The position numbers were made by a program, and so were the translations under genes. Positions 18,071 through 27,744 of a stretch of DNA of 64,000 bases are shown in pieces. Positions within the stretch are counted from its first letter, which is position 1. Every line of letters begins with the position of its first letter. Under the pieces are notes generated by a model that had not been told where the DNA came from, ran no database searches, and saw only the letters and a list, made by a program, of their open reading frames with translations. Origin of the DNA: an archaeon (GTDB lineage Archaea; Nanobdellota; Nanobdellia; Woesearchaeales; UBA9642); NCBI GenBank assembly GCA_020057295.1, contig JAGVGF010000002.1, positions 32,001-96,000 of the forward strand. Direction: 5' to 3'.

Positions 18071-18230
18071 GAAATTAATTTAGTACAACAGATATATAAA
18101 TCTTTTTAGAACTCTTCTTTATAGCAACATTTATATATAAAAAACTTCAATGAATTCATTAACGGGTTTAGTGGAGGGTGTTAGTACAACTTATTACTAA
18201 AATAAGCTATTACTGACATAAGAGGTGTGT

Positions 18231-20537
18231 ATGCTTTTTGGCAATCCAAATAGTTCTTATGATGTAGTTAAGGAAGGCGAAGAGACAGTCCTTAGAATGG
18301 ATTATGAGAATTCTTTAGAAGTACCTTCACTTGAAGATTCTGAAAAATGTATGGCTGATACTATTGAAAAGTTGATGGCCAATAGAAATATTACTAAAAT
18401 AGTCTTCAGCCAGAAACGTGATTACGAGTACGATTTTCCTCAAACGCGTGTGCTTGTAGAATTTTCTAAAGTATTTTCTAACATTATCAAACATAAAGCT
18501 GTATTCAATTATCGTGCGATGACATTGAATGAACCTTCACCAATAATTCTTAATGCCGCTACACAAAAATATTCCGAGTTGCAAAACATTTTATTTAATT
18601 TGATGAAGAAAGATCCTGTTGGTGCATATGTTGAATTAAAACGTTTAGTTAGAAAAGAGAAAATTGAGTTAGATAAGAGTGTTGATGATGTATATACTGC
18701 AATGCTTGAACGTTACATTCAAGTACTAAATTATGTTATTAAAGTTTTAGAAACAACAAAATTAATCGAGATTGCCACACCACATCTTAGTGGAATGCAG
18801 CTTGGTGATAGAAGTATCTATAGAAGAATATTCACTCCAAATATTAAGCCGGATTTCATGTTTACAAAAATTATGTCTTCATATCCTAAGAATGGTATTG
18901 AAGTTGACAGTTATAGTGTAAAAAATTCTGATGTAATAATTTTCAAGCTACAACATAATGTACAAAATTTATATCACATCACTCCTCCAGAATTTAAGTT
19001 GCCAGAAGAAAAATATGAAATTCTAGATTTAGCAAGAAAGATTATGGCAGAACATCAGCCAGAACGTCAAGAATTCGTTGACCCTGCAAGAATGAGAGAA
19101 GTATTCACAAATATTGGTCGTGACTTAATTGAAGAACTTGCAGAGTATAAGAATGTTAAATTAAAACATGCTGAAGTTGAAGAGCTTGCAAAAATTTTAG
19201 TAAGATATACTGTAGGATTCGGAATTATTGAAGCATTACTTGAAGATGATAAGATTCAAGATATTACAATCAATAGTCCTATGGGTCAAGTTCCAATATT
19301 TTTAGTCCATCAAGATTATGATTATTGTAGAACAAATTTAGTACCAACGATCAGAGATGCTGAAAGTTGGGCTTCAAAACTTAGAATGATTTCCGGAAGA
19401 CCACTCGATGAAGCAAACCCTATTCTTGACACTGAAATATTAATTCCTGGTACAGCAAATGCGAGAGTCGGGGTTATATCTCCTCCATTAAACCCGACTG
19501 GATTGGCCTACGCGTTCCGTAGACATAGAGATAAACCTTGGACTTTCGCATTATTTATAAAAAATGGGATGATGAATGCACAAGGAGCAGGATTAATGTC
19601 TTTCTTAATTGATGGTTCAAGAACTATGTTAATTGCAGGAACTAGGAGTTCAGGTAAATCATCATTATTAGGTGCATTAATGGTTGAGATAATGCGTAAG
19701 TATAGAATGATAACAATAGAAGATACATTAGAATTACCAGCAGAGTCATTAAGAAAATTAGGATATAATATTCAACAGATGAAAGTAGGAAGTGCACTAT
19801 CTAAAGGATCAAGCGAAGTATCTGCTGAGGAAGGGATTAGAACAACATTAAGACTTGGAGACTCGTGTCTATTTGTAGGAGAGGTTAGAAGCACAGAAGC
19901 TAAATCATTGTATGAAGCAATGCGCGTAGGAGCACTTGCAAATGTTGTTGCAGGTACAATTCATGGAGATAGTCCATACGGTGTATATGATAGGGTTGTT
20001 AACGATTTAGGAGTTCCAAAAACATCATTCAAAGCAACAGATATTATCGTTGTAGCAAATCCTATAAAGTCTGCCGACGGATTACATAGATGGCGTAGAG
20101 TTACTCAAATTACAGAAGTTAGAAAACATTGGACCAATGATCCTGTTGAAGAGAAAGGATTTGTAGATTTGATGAAGTATGATTCTAAAAAAGATGCTCT
20201 TGTTGTATCTGATGATTTACAAAATCAAGATAGTGATATCATAAAAGCTATTGCTGAAAATGTTAAGGAATGGAGCGGAAACTGGGATGCTGTATGGGAT
20301 AATATTATGTTACGTACAAAAAATTATCAGACAATGGTAGATTATGCTACACAATTAAATAATTATGATATCTTAGAAGCAAGATTTGCAATAGAAGCAA
20401 ACGATCAATTCCATAAGATTACAGATAAAGTCAAAGAAGAAGTTGGAGTTATGGATAGTAAAAGAATATTTTTTGAATGGAATGAATGGTTAAAAAGATC
20501 TGTAAAAGAGTATGATGCAAGACATCACAAGAAATAG
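18231..20537 (+). CDS. Type II/IV secretion system (CpaF/VirB11/FlaI-like) ATPase with long N-terminal extension
   Basis: Walker A AGTRSSGKS, TIEDTLEL, LRLGDSCLFVGEVR, GTIHG; SD GAGGTG before the ATG at 18231. Confidence 0.92.
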   Translation: MLFGNPNSSYDVVKEGEETVLRMDYENSLEVPSLEDSEKCMADTIEKLMANRNITKIVFSQKRDYEYDFPQTRVLVEFSKVFSNIIKHKAVFNYRAMTLNEPSPIILNAATQKYSELQNILFNLMKKDPVGAYVELKRLVRKEKIELDKSVDDVYTAMLERYIQVLNYVIKVLETTKLIEIATPHLSGMQLGDRSIYRRIFTPNIKPDFMFTKIMSSYPKNGIEVDSYSVKNSDVIIFKLQHNVQNLYHITPPEFKLPEEKYEILDLARKIMAEHQPERQEFVDPARMREVFTNIGRDLIEELAEYKNVKLKHAEVEELAKILVRYTVGFGIIEALLEDDKIQDITINSPMGQVPIFLVHQDYDYCRTNLVPTIRDAESWASKLRMISGRPLDEANPILDTEILIPGTANARVGVISPPLNPTGLAYAFRRHRDKPWTFALFIKNGMMNAQGAGLMSFLIDGSRTMLIAGTRSSGKSSLLGALMVEIMRKYRMITIEDTLELPAESLRKLGYNIQQMKVGSALSKGSSEVSAEEGIRTTLRLGDSCLFVGEVRSTEAKSLYEAMRVGALANVVAGTIHGDSPYGVYDRVVNDLGVPKTSFKATDIIVVANPIKSADGLHRWRRVTQITEVRKHWTNDPVEEKGFVDLMKYDSKKDALVVSDDLQNQDSDIIKAIAENVKEWSGNWDAVWDNIMLRTKNYQTMVDYATQLNNYDILEARFAIEANDQFHKITDKVKEEVGVMDSKRIFFEWNEWLKRSVKEYDARHHKK

Positions 20538-20575
20538 ATTTAGAAAAATAGTTTATAAAAAATAATTATCATAGA

Positions 20576-22870
20576 ATGTTTTTAAAAAAGAGGTTGAGTG
20601 TGGAAAAGACAGATTCCAAAAATCTAAAAAGTTTCGAATCCAAATATCGTGAAAAGATTAAGGAAGAATTTGATAATTATAAAGGTAAGGAGAGTCCAGA
20701 ATCCAGTATTCAATCTAGACAGTATCAAGAATTTAAGAAGCAGTGGATGCCAAAAAATTTTACACTTTACGAGAAAGCATGTTCGTTTTCTGAAAATCTT
20801 CTAAAGATTGAACCAGACCCAAGAGAGGCTGCAAAGATTAAGGAAGCGATAGAAACATGTCATATGAATGCTACTCCTGCAGGTGTTAAAAGTTTCTCGT
20901 TTGTTGGACCTTTAATGTTAATAATAGCAGTAACTGTTCTAAGTTTTATACCTATGCTTTTAGATCCTCTTGCCGATCCTGCATCTGCAATGTTCTTCGT
21001 AATATTTGCCGTAGTATTAGGATTAATATTAGTTGTTCCATTAAGTAAACTTCCAGAATTTTTAGCGGCTAGTTGGCGTATGAAAGCAAGCAATCAAATG
21101 GTTCTTGCAGTATTCTACATTGTAACATATATGCGTCACACAAGCAATCTTGAAAATGCTATCGACTTCGCTGCAGAACATTTACCTCCACCATTATCAT
21201 TGGATTTGAAAAAGATTATGTGGGATGTTGAGACACAAAAATATTCTGGTGTTAAAGAAAGTTTAGATGCATACCTTGAAGGTTGGAAGAAAGATAATAT
21301 GGAATTTGTAGAGGCTGTGCATTTAATAGAATCTTCATTATATGAAAATTCTGAATCTAGAAGATTAAATTCATTAGAGAAATCTTTAACGTTAATACTT
21401 GATGAAACTTATGAGAAAATGTTGCATTATGCACATAATCTTCAAGGTCCTCTAACAATGTTGAATATGCTCGGCATTGTTTTACCCATTCTTGGTCTAG
21501 TAATCTTGCCTTTAGTTGTTAGTTTTATGGAGCAGGTTAAATGGTATCATTTAATGGTTATGTATAATGTTGCTTTGCCTGTCGGTGTGTATTATCTTAG
21601 TCGTATGGTTTTAAGCACTCGACCAACTGGTTATGGTGATACTGACATTTCTGAAAATAATCCTGAATTAAAGAAACATAAGAATATTTTATTAAATTTT
21701 GGTGGTAAAGAATTTCAGTTACATCCAATATTTATTGCAAGTTTTTTGTTTGGAATGTTATTCTTTATAGGTATTAGCCCACTCATAATGCATCTTGTAG
21801 TTCCAGAATTTGATATGGCCGTTGATCAGGAATATAATGTACGTGTATTAGCTAGTCCTACTAAATGTGATAATGCTGTACCGCCCGCACCGATGAAATT
21901 TTATCTGCTCGGTTATAAATGTGATAAGAATGGAGATCTGCTTGGACCGTTTGGAGTTGGAGCGGCTATACTTAGTTTATTTATACCATTAAGTTTTGGT
22001 ATTGGTTTAGGAATATATTACAAACTACGTTCAGAAAATGTTATGAAAATTAGAGATGAGTCTAAAAAGTTAGAGAATGAATTTGCTGGAGCATTATTTC
22101 AGTTAGGAAATAGGATTGGTGATGGCTTGCCTGTAGAAATTGCATTTTCTAAAGTTGCTGATGTAATGAGTGGGACAGTTAGTGGAAAATTCTTCGAGTT
22201 AGTAAGCGTAAATATTACTAAATTAGGAATGAATGTTGAGGAAGCAATATTTGATCCTAAACGTGGTGCAATAGTATATTACCCTAGCAGTTTAATTGAG
22301 AGTTCAATGAAAGTACTTGTTGAATCTAGTAAGAAAGGTCCTCTCGTCGCGTCTCAAGCATTAATTAATGTTTCCGAATATATTAAGCAGATACATCGTG
22401 TTGATGAAAGATTAAAAGATTTAATGGCCGATACAATAAGTAGTTTACAATCACAAATTAGTTTCTTAACGCCTGCAATTTCTGGAATAGTAATTGGTAT
22501 AACATCAATGATTACTGGAATAATTGGTAATTTATCTGATAATATGAAGCGTTTAAGTCAAGGAATTGGTGGAGAAGCAGGTAGTAGTGCAGGACTGGGT
22601 TTTAGCCCAGATTTTTTTGGAATAGGTATACCAACATTTTATTTCCAATTTATTGTAGGAGTTTATGTTGTACAAATAATCTATATAATGACCGTACTTG
22701 TTAATGGAATAAGAAATGGTTCTGATAGCTTAGCAGAAAGATATATGTTAGGAAAGAATTTAATGAACAGTACGATAATGTACTTCTTCATAGCTTTAGT
22801 TGTAATGTTAATATTCAACATGGTAGCAGGACTAGTAATGGGTAATGTGGGAGTTACAGCAGGAACATAA
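20576..22870 (+). CDS. Type II secretion F / TadC / FlaJ-like membrane platform protein
   Basis: Directly follows the ATPase; two cytoplasmic helical domains, each followed by TM clusters (EFAGALFQLGNRIGDGLPVE). Confidence 0.8.
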   Translation: MFLKKRLSVEKTDSKNLKSFESKYREKIKEEFDNYKGKESPESSIQSRQYQEFKKQWMPKNFTLYEKACSFSENLLKIEPDPREAAKIKEAIETCHMNATPAGVKSFSFVGPLMLIIAVTVLSFIPMLLDPLADPASAMFFVIFAVVLGLILVVPLSKLPEFLAASWRMKASNQMVLAVFYIVTYMRHTSNLENAIDFAAEHLPPPLSLDLKKIMWDVETQKYSGVKESLDAYLEGWKKDNMEFVEAVHLIESSLYENSESRRLNSLEKSLTLILDETYEKMLHYAHNLQGPLTMLNMLGIVLPILGLVILPLVVSFMEQVKWYHLMVMYNVALPVGVYYLSRMVLSTRPTGYGDTDISENNPELKKHKNILLNFGGKEFQLHPIFIASFLFGMLFFIGISPLIMHLVVPEFDMAVDQEYNVRVLASPTKCDNAVPPAPMKFYLLGYKCDKNGDLLGPFGVGAAILSLFIPLSFGIGLGIYYKLRSENVMKIRDESKKLENEFAGALFQLGNRIGDGLPVEIAFSKVADVMSGTVSGKFFELVSVNITKLGMNVEEAIFDPKRGAIVYYPSSLIESSMKVLVESSKKGPLVASQALINVSEYIKQIHRVDERLKDLMADTISSLQSQISFLTPAISGIVIGITSMITGIIGNLSDNMKRLSQGIGGEAGSSAGLGFSPDFFGIGIPTFYFQFIVGVYVVQIIYIMTVLVNGIRNGSDSLAERYMLGKNLMNSTIMYFFIALVVMLIFNMVAGLVMGNVGVTAGT

Positions 22871-22920
22871 AAATAATATACATACACAAAAAATATAAAC
22901 CCTTACTATAACTTACTATT

Positions 22921-23568
22921 ATGATTGTTAAACAAATTTCTAAAAACATTTACTTAATTAAATTCAAGACGAGAAATGATTTGACATCAACGTTATTAAG
23001 ATTTCAAGAACATTATGAATCACCAAAATTTAAAGGCAAAATATTCACGCTTGAAGAATATAAGAAATGGTATATTAAAAACTCTCCTAAAGGCATAAAG
23101 ACTGGAAAATTTACGTACTATAAGGATTGGAGCGGATTTAACATTCCATCACACATATTACAACCATTTTATAGAGGATTATTTAATCCATTAACAGAAG
23201 CGGAAAAATCTATATTACACGTTTTTAATAAAATAAGAAATAAAAAATTCTATATAATCGGAGTATATGGTGATGTCGATAAAAGTATACTGAAACATGA
23301 GATAGCTCATGGAATGTATTATTCAAATAATAATTATCATAAGGAAGTAAATGCTGTTCTTAAAAAGATGGATTCAATTGCAGTCAAACAAATTATTAAG
23401 TATTTCAAGAAAAATGCAGGATATCATAAAGATGTATATTTAGATGAAATTCATGCATATACACTTACAGAAAAAGGTTTATTAAAGAAGCGTGGTGTAG
23501 ATGTTCATAGAATTCTTAATACACGTAAAGAATTACTACAATTATTTAAGAAATATTCTTCTAGATAA
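22921..23568 (+). CDS. Hypothetical protein with HEXXH zincin motif
   Basis: LKHEIAHG with downstream DEIHAY; N-terminal RFQEHYESP. Confidence 0.65.
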   Translation: MIVKQISKNIYLIKFKTRNDLTSTLLRFQEHYESPKFKGKIFTLEEYKKWYIKNSPKGIKTGKFTYYKDWSGFNIPSHILQPFYRGLFNPLTEAEKSILHVFNKIRNKKFYIIGVYGDVDKSILKHEIAHGMYYSNNNYHKEVNAVLKKMDSIAVKQIIKYFKKNAGYHKDVYLDEIHAYTLTEKGLLKKRGVDVHRILNTRKELLQLFKKYSSR

Positions 23569-23610
23569 TACTAAAAATTTATAAATAGTTCATATCATTA
23601 AGTTTATCTG

Positions 23611-24147
23611 ATGTCAATACTTTACCACGGTACGAATATTAGAAATGGTATAATCTATTCTTCACATAATGCATTATTGTCTTCTTTTGATATTCAACTT
23701 GAACAATTAAGAGCTGCAGGCGGTACTACTAATCCTATGGATAATAAATCTTTAGAGAAATTAGCCAGTGATTTAAGAGCTTTAGAAATACGGAGGTATG
23801 AACATAAACATGATCGTGCAGTTATTGTTACTGAAGATTTTGATACTGCTCTAACTCAATCAAAACTTTCTATTACAGAAAATTTTGTTGGAAAACATCT
23901 AATCTTGGGTTTAAATCTTGATAACTCTATAGTTAACAGATTATCGCCTGATGGTGACGTTTATAGTTTAATGATTCCTAGAAGATTACCATTAACTGGA
24001 CTTGTAGAATTATATTTTGAACATACTCCAACAAATTTACGTGCTATGAAACTGGCTTTTGGAAGATTTAACCCTACATATCTACAATTATCAGATTATC
24101 ACGAAGAAACAGATCCTGTCGTAATTTCTCAAAGCGTTACACTTTAA
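23611..24147 (+). CDS. Hypothetical protein with N-terminal LYHGT (ART-like) motif
   Basis: 178 aa; starts MSILYHGTN; upstream TATA. Confidence 0.55.
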   Translation: MSILYHGTNIRNGIIYSSHNALLSSFDIQLEQLRAAGGTTNPMDNKSLEKLASDLRALEIRRYEHKHDRAVIVTEDFDTALTQSKLSITENFVGKHLILGLNLDNSIVNRLSPDGDVYSLMIPRRLPLTGLVELYFEHTPTNLRAMKLAFGRFNPTYLQLSDYHEETDPVVISQSVTL

Positions 24148-24307
24148 CTTTAGTGTATTGTCCAATGCAATGTTTACATGGCTTATCATCATGTGAACAT
24201 CTATGCGTGCAACATCCAAAGTGTACAAACCCTTTATGATTATCACATAGAACTAAGCTATCTGGACTCTTCTCAAAATCTCCTGTACAGATTTTACAAT
24301 TATCCAT
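24137..24307 (-). CDS. 56-aa Cys/His-rich zinc-finger protein (PHD/RING-like spacing)
   Basis: Hand translation MDNCKICTGDFEKSPDSLVLCDNHKGFVHFGCCTHRCSHDDKPCKHCIGQYTKVKV; SD GGGGTGA; not in the ORF track. Confidence 0.75.
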   Translation of the reverse strand: MDNCKICTGDFEKSPDSLVLCDNHKGFVHFGCCTHRCSHDDKPCKHCIGQYTKVKV

Positions 24308-24372
24308 ATATTCACCCCTTACAATAATATACGGTAAAAACAGTATTTAAAGTTTATTGAAAAATAAGAAAA

Positions 24373-24446
24373 TGGGACGACTGAGATTTGAACTCAGGAC
24401 ATCTACGGCTTCAGCGTAGCGCTCTCCCAGGCTGAGCTATCGTCCC
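24373..24446 (-). tRNA. tRNA-Phe (GAA)
   Basis: Acceptor GGGACGA/TCGTCCC, anticodon arm CTACG-CT-GAA-GC-CGTAG, T-arm CTGAG-TTCAAAT-CTCAG. Confidence 0.96.
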
Positions 24447-24476
24447 ATTAATGCCTGTAGTAAAAAGATTAATTGT

Positions 24477-25052
24477 TCATTTAAATAGGTTATGTTTTTT
24501 AGTCTTCAAATCATATAATTTGCCAACTTGTATTTTCTTGTGATAAAAGAATAATGTTCTTTCAATGTCTCTTACATTGACATTAAATTGAACAGAATAT
24601 TTTCTAAGTATTGTGAGATATGTTAGCCAGTCTTTTAGATTAAATCCTTGGCCGCCAGGTTTAGTTTTTACCTCGCCGTACTTATACAGCAATTGCCATA
24701 CGCGTATATCTATTATTCCATAATTTTTTGGATCTGTAATTGTCAAGAGTGAGGATGCTACTGCAACAGATACACCTTTTAGAGATGTTAAATATTGCAT
24801 CTTTTCTTCTTCAGATTTCGTCGTAATTACTTTCTGTGATACTTTCTTGATTACTTCTTCAGAATTGTTTAGATAATGATTTTTTGGCCTTGGAGTCTTC
24901 CACATCGCTACAGTATAGAATTGATCTTTTGTTAAGAGTTTCTTTCTTTTTACATCACTTAAATCTTTTATTAGTTGAATTGCTTCCTCAGTCTCTGATG
25001 CAGATAAATTATTTTTAATTAGTTCGTTGAGATTTTTATATTCTTTACTCAT
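24477..25052 (-). CDS. HhH-type DNA glycosylase-like protein
   Basis: WKTPR, LTSLKGVSVAVAS (helix-hairpin-helix), YGIIDIRV; ATG at 25052 overlaps the rfcL stop (ATGA). Confidence 0.6.
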   Translation of the reverse strand: MSKEYKNLNELIKNNLSASETEEAIQLIKDLSDVKRKKLLTKDQFYTVAMWKTPRPKNHYLNNSEEVIKKVSQKVITTKSEEEKMQYLTSLKGVSVAVASSLLTITDPKNYGIIDIRVWQLLYKYGEVKTKPGGQGFNLKDWLTYLTILRKYSVQFNVNVRDIERTLFFYHKKIQVGKLYDLKTKKHNLFK

Positions 25053-26257
25053 TTCACTAACCAATCTAATTCTTCTTTTTCTAGCTTGAAGTGTTCCATA
25101 TTTTTTTCTACAAATTTCTTATCAGAATTCTTGAATATTATCCTGAGATATGGCATATTTTTTATTGCTTCTTTTCTTGATGTGTGTGTTTTTCCAGAAA
25201 TTTTTTCTGCAATTGCTTTTCTTTTAGCATTTTTCTGGTTAGCCATCCATATCCTTAATATTCTATCGGTTGGTTTATATGATATAAAGTTCGGATTCTT
25301 TTCCGTCTTTGATATTGCAACTCCCACACTTAATAAGTTATATATGTATACATAAAATCTGTAATATTGCCATCTTCTTATTCTTCCAAAATACACGTCT
25401 GCTAATGATAGATTTTCGTATGCCTTAGCTAAATCTTCAGCTTTAGTATATTCTTTTGGCAGATTTTCATCTAACCATAAAAATATTTTATCAATATCTT
25501 CTTCAACTTTATCATATGCGTTTATTGCTATTTCTGGACTTGTCGTCTTGAAAACTTTTAATAATGCATTTATTATGGTTTCTTCACGTTCTCTGTCTGA
25601 TGTTTCTTCAACATCCTTACGAGTAATTTTTCTGTTATTTCCACTAATATTTTCTAAATCATTTATTGCTGCTCTTAAATCTCCTTGCGATACTCGTGCC
25701 AAATGACTTATTGCATCTTCATCAAATTCTATTCCTTCTTTTTCACAGATACTTTTCAAGCGTACTGCTTGTTCTAATGCAGTTATTGCTTTATATTCTA
25801 TCATTATAGAATTTTTTCTTATATCATTAAACTTTTGTTCCCATGGATCATTTGCTGTAAGAATTATTGGAAATGGTGATATATCGATAAATTTCACAAT
25901 AGTTGAAACTCCACCACGATCTTCAGTTCCAGAAAGTCCATCAATTTCATCAATAAGAATTAATTTTCCTTTGCCAAATAATGACATCTGTTGAATTGCT
26001 GGTAGAACCTTGCTTTCTAAACCTTCAGTATTTCTAACATCTGAAGCATTTACTTCTATTATTTCTAAATCTAACTCATTAGCTAATGCATGTATTGTGC
26101 TAGTTTTTCCAGTTCCAGAAGGACCATATATTAGTAATGCTTTACGAACTTTTCTAGAACTATACTCAGAAATCTTTTCTTTCAATTCCTTTAACGCCTT
26201 ATCCTGACCAACTATTTCTTTAGTGGTTTTAGGCTTATATTTATAATTGAACGTCAT
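25049..26257 (-). CDS. rfcL: Replication factor C large subunit
   Basis: KYKPKT, GPSGTGKT, EVNASD, LIDEIDG, GDLRAAINDL, WLDEN, GRIRRWQYY. Confidence 0.93.
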   Translation of the reverse strand: MTFNYKYKPKTTKEIVGQDKALKELKEKISEYSSRKVRKALLIYGPSGTGKTSTIHALANELDLEIIEVNASDVRNTEGLESKVLPAIQQMSLFGKGKLILIDEIDGLSGTEDRGGVSTIVKFIDISPFPIILTANDPWEQKFNDIRKNSIMIEYKAITALEQAVRLKSICEKEGIEFDEDAISHLARVSQGDLRAAINDLENISGNNRKITRKDVEETSDREREETIINALLKVFKTTSPEIAINAYDKVEEDIDKIFLWLDENLPKEYTKAEDLAKAYENLSLADVYFGRIRRWQYYRFYVYIYNLLSVGVAISKTEKNPNFISYKPTDRILRIWMANQKNAKRKAIAEKISGKTHTSRKEAIKNMPYLRIIFKNSDKKFVEKNMEHFKLEKEELDWLVK

Positions 26258-26305
26258 GATTGTAGGAGGGCGAAAGACTTTAAAAAGATGATTATGTTAT
26301 GCCTT

Positions 26306-26767
26306 TTATTTTTTTAATATTTCTAGTATCTTATTAGCCTTATCTATTCTTCCAAGTTTTTTGTAAGCTTCATATTCCTCGTGTAAGTCTATTAAGGGAA
26401 TATTCATCTCTTCACATTTTTTTATTACTACTTTGTCGAAATTAGGAATTTTTTCCCATTCTCCATCCGTTTTACATTCTAAATCCGTAAATATTTCAAC
26501 TTGCACTCCTGAAATATTAAATAATCCATATATTGATTTAAATTTTTCAGATTCTTTGTAATGTACTGTTTCGATTGCGTATTCGTTCAATAGCTCGCCA
26601 ATTTTGTTGATGCTTTCTTGATCTGTTTTTATATCAATATCTCTAACATCAACATCTACTCCGTGTATTGCTAGAGCAGTACTTCCTATTAGAACCCAGT
26701 TCAAATTATGCTCTGAAAATTTCTTAGTTATTATCCTTAACGCATCAATGTTTTTTTGTGGTATCAT
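26306..26767 (-). CDS. Nucleotidyltransferase-fold protein
   Basis: WVLIGSTALAIHG...DIDI (GS + DxD); ATGA overlap with the upstream gene. Confidence 0.75.
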   Translation of the reverse strand: MIPQKNIDALRIITKKFSEHNLNWVLIGSTALAIHGVDVDVRDIDIKTDQESINKIGELLNEYAIETVHYKESEKFKSIYGLFNISGVQVEIFTDLECKTDGEWEKIPNFDKVVIKKCEEMNIPLIDLHEEYEAYKKLGRIDKANKILEILKK

Positions 26768-27675
26768 TTCAAACTTTCCAGATATTCGTCTTTTCTTGCG
26801 AACTTATGAACTCGTGCGAGTTTCTCGATTGCTCTGTCTGTACTTGATCCGTACTGTGCTGCTTTTTTTGGTCTTTCGGAATATTTTTCTAAATATGGTT
26901 CAGCAGCTTTACGTAAAATCATTTTCGAACCTTGAGAATTTATTTTAAATTGGATGGGAATCTTCATAGAATACTTGATTAATTCATCGTCTAGAAATGG
27001 CGTTGTAAATGAAAACTTTAATGCTTTTGGAATTGCCGAATCACGTATCAAATCTCTTTGATACATTTTTAATAATCCCTCATAACATTCTTCATTTGTT
27101 GGATTATTTTTATGTCTATCATATCCTGCAAATATTTCTTCAGAACCAAGGCCAGAGAAAAATACTTGTTCATGTTTTGATATTGAGTGTGCGGCAACTT
27201 CAACTGAACCAACACCTACAGTAACAACATTGCACGCATTAGCAGATTTTAATATTTTTGTAGTTTTATGTATTATTTGTTCTATTTCTTTTAGATTAAA
27301 TATTTTAAATTTGAATTCATCATCGCTTAATTTAAGATGTTTTGCAACAAGCTGCGCTTGAACTATATCTTCAGGAACTTTAAACTGTCCGTCTTGAAAA
27401 CCAACAGTATAACATGTGAAATTTGCCTTTAATTTTTTACAAATTGAAGCAATATAGCTCGAGTCAAGACCGCCAGAAAAACATATACCAACAGAATCTA
27501 GCCCTTCAATCCTTTCCTTTATAGCTTCATCCGTTAATTTTCTAACTTCTAAAGCAATTTTTGATTCAGAATCTACTAATTCATTATCGATATTGGGTTT
27601 GAATCTTTCAATTATCTCAATCCATTCCTTTTCCGATATTAATTCTCCATTCTTAACAAAGAATTCCTGCTTCAT
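26764..27675 (-). CDS. Asparagine-synthase-like ATP pyrophosphatase domain lacking the glutaminase domain
   Basis: FSGGLDSS PP-loop, SGLGSEEIFAGY, TPFLD, KMILR, RPKKAAQYGS; no N-terminal MCGI domain. Confidence 0.82.
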   Translation of the reverse strand: MKQEFFVKNGELISEKEWIEIIERFKPNIDNELVDSESKIALEVRKLTDEAIKERIEGLDSVGICFSGGLDSSYIASICKKLKANFTCYTVGFQDGQFKVPEDIVQAQLVAKHLKLSDDEFKFKIFNLKEIEQIIHKTTKILKSANACNVVTVGVGSVEVAAHSISKHEQVFFSGLGSEEIFAGYDRHKNNPTNEECYEGLLKMYQRDLIRDSAIPKALKFSFTTPFLDDELIKYSMKIPIQFKINSQGSKMILRKAAEPYLEKYSERPKKAAQYGSSTDRAIEKLARVHKFARKDEYLESLK

Positions 27676-27744
27676 AATTATGTGAATGATTGACGTTTTT
27701 TAAATTTAATCAAACTTTATAAACTTCTAATCTCACATTTTGTT

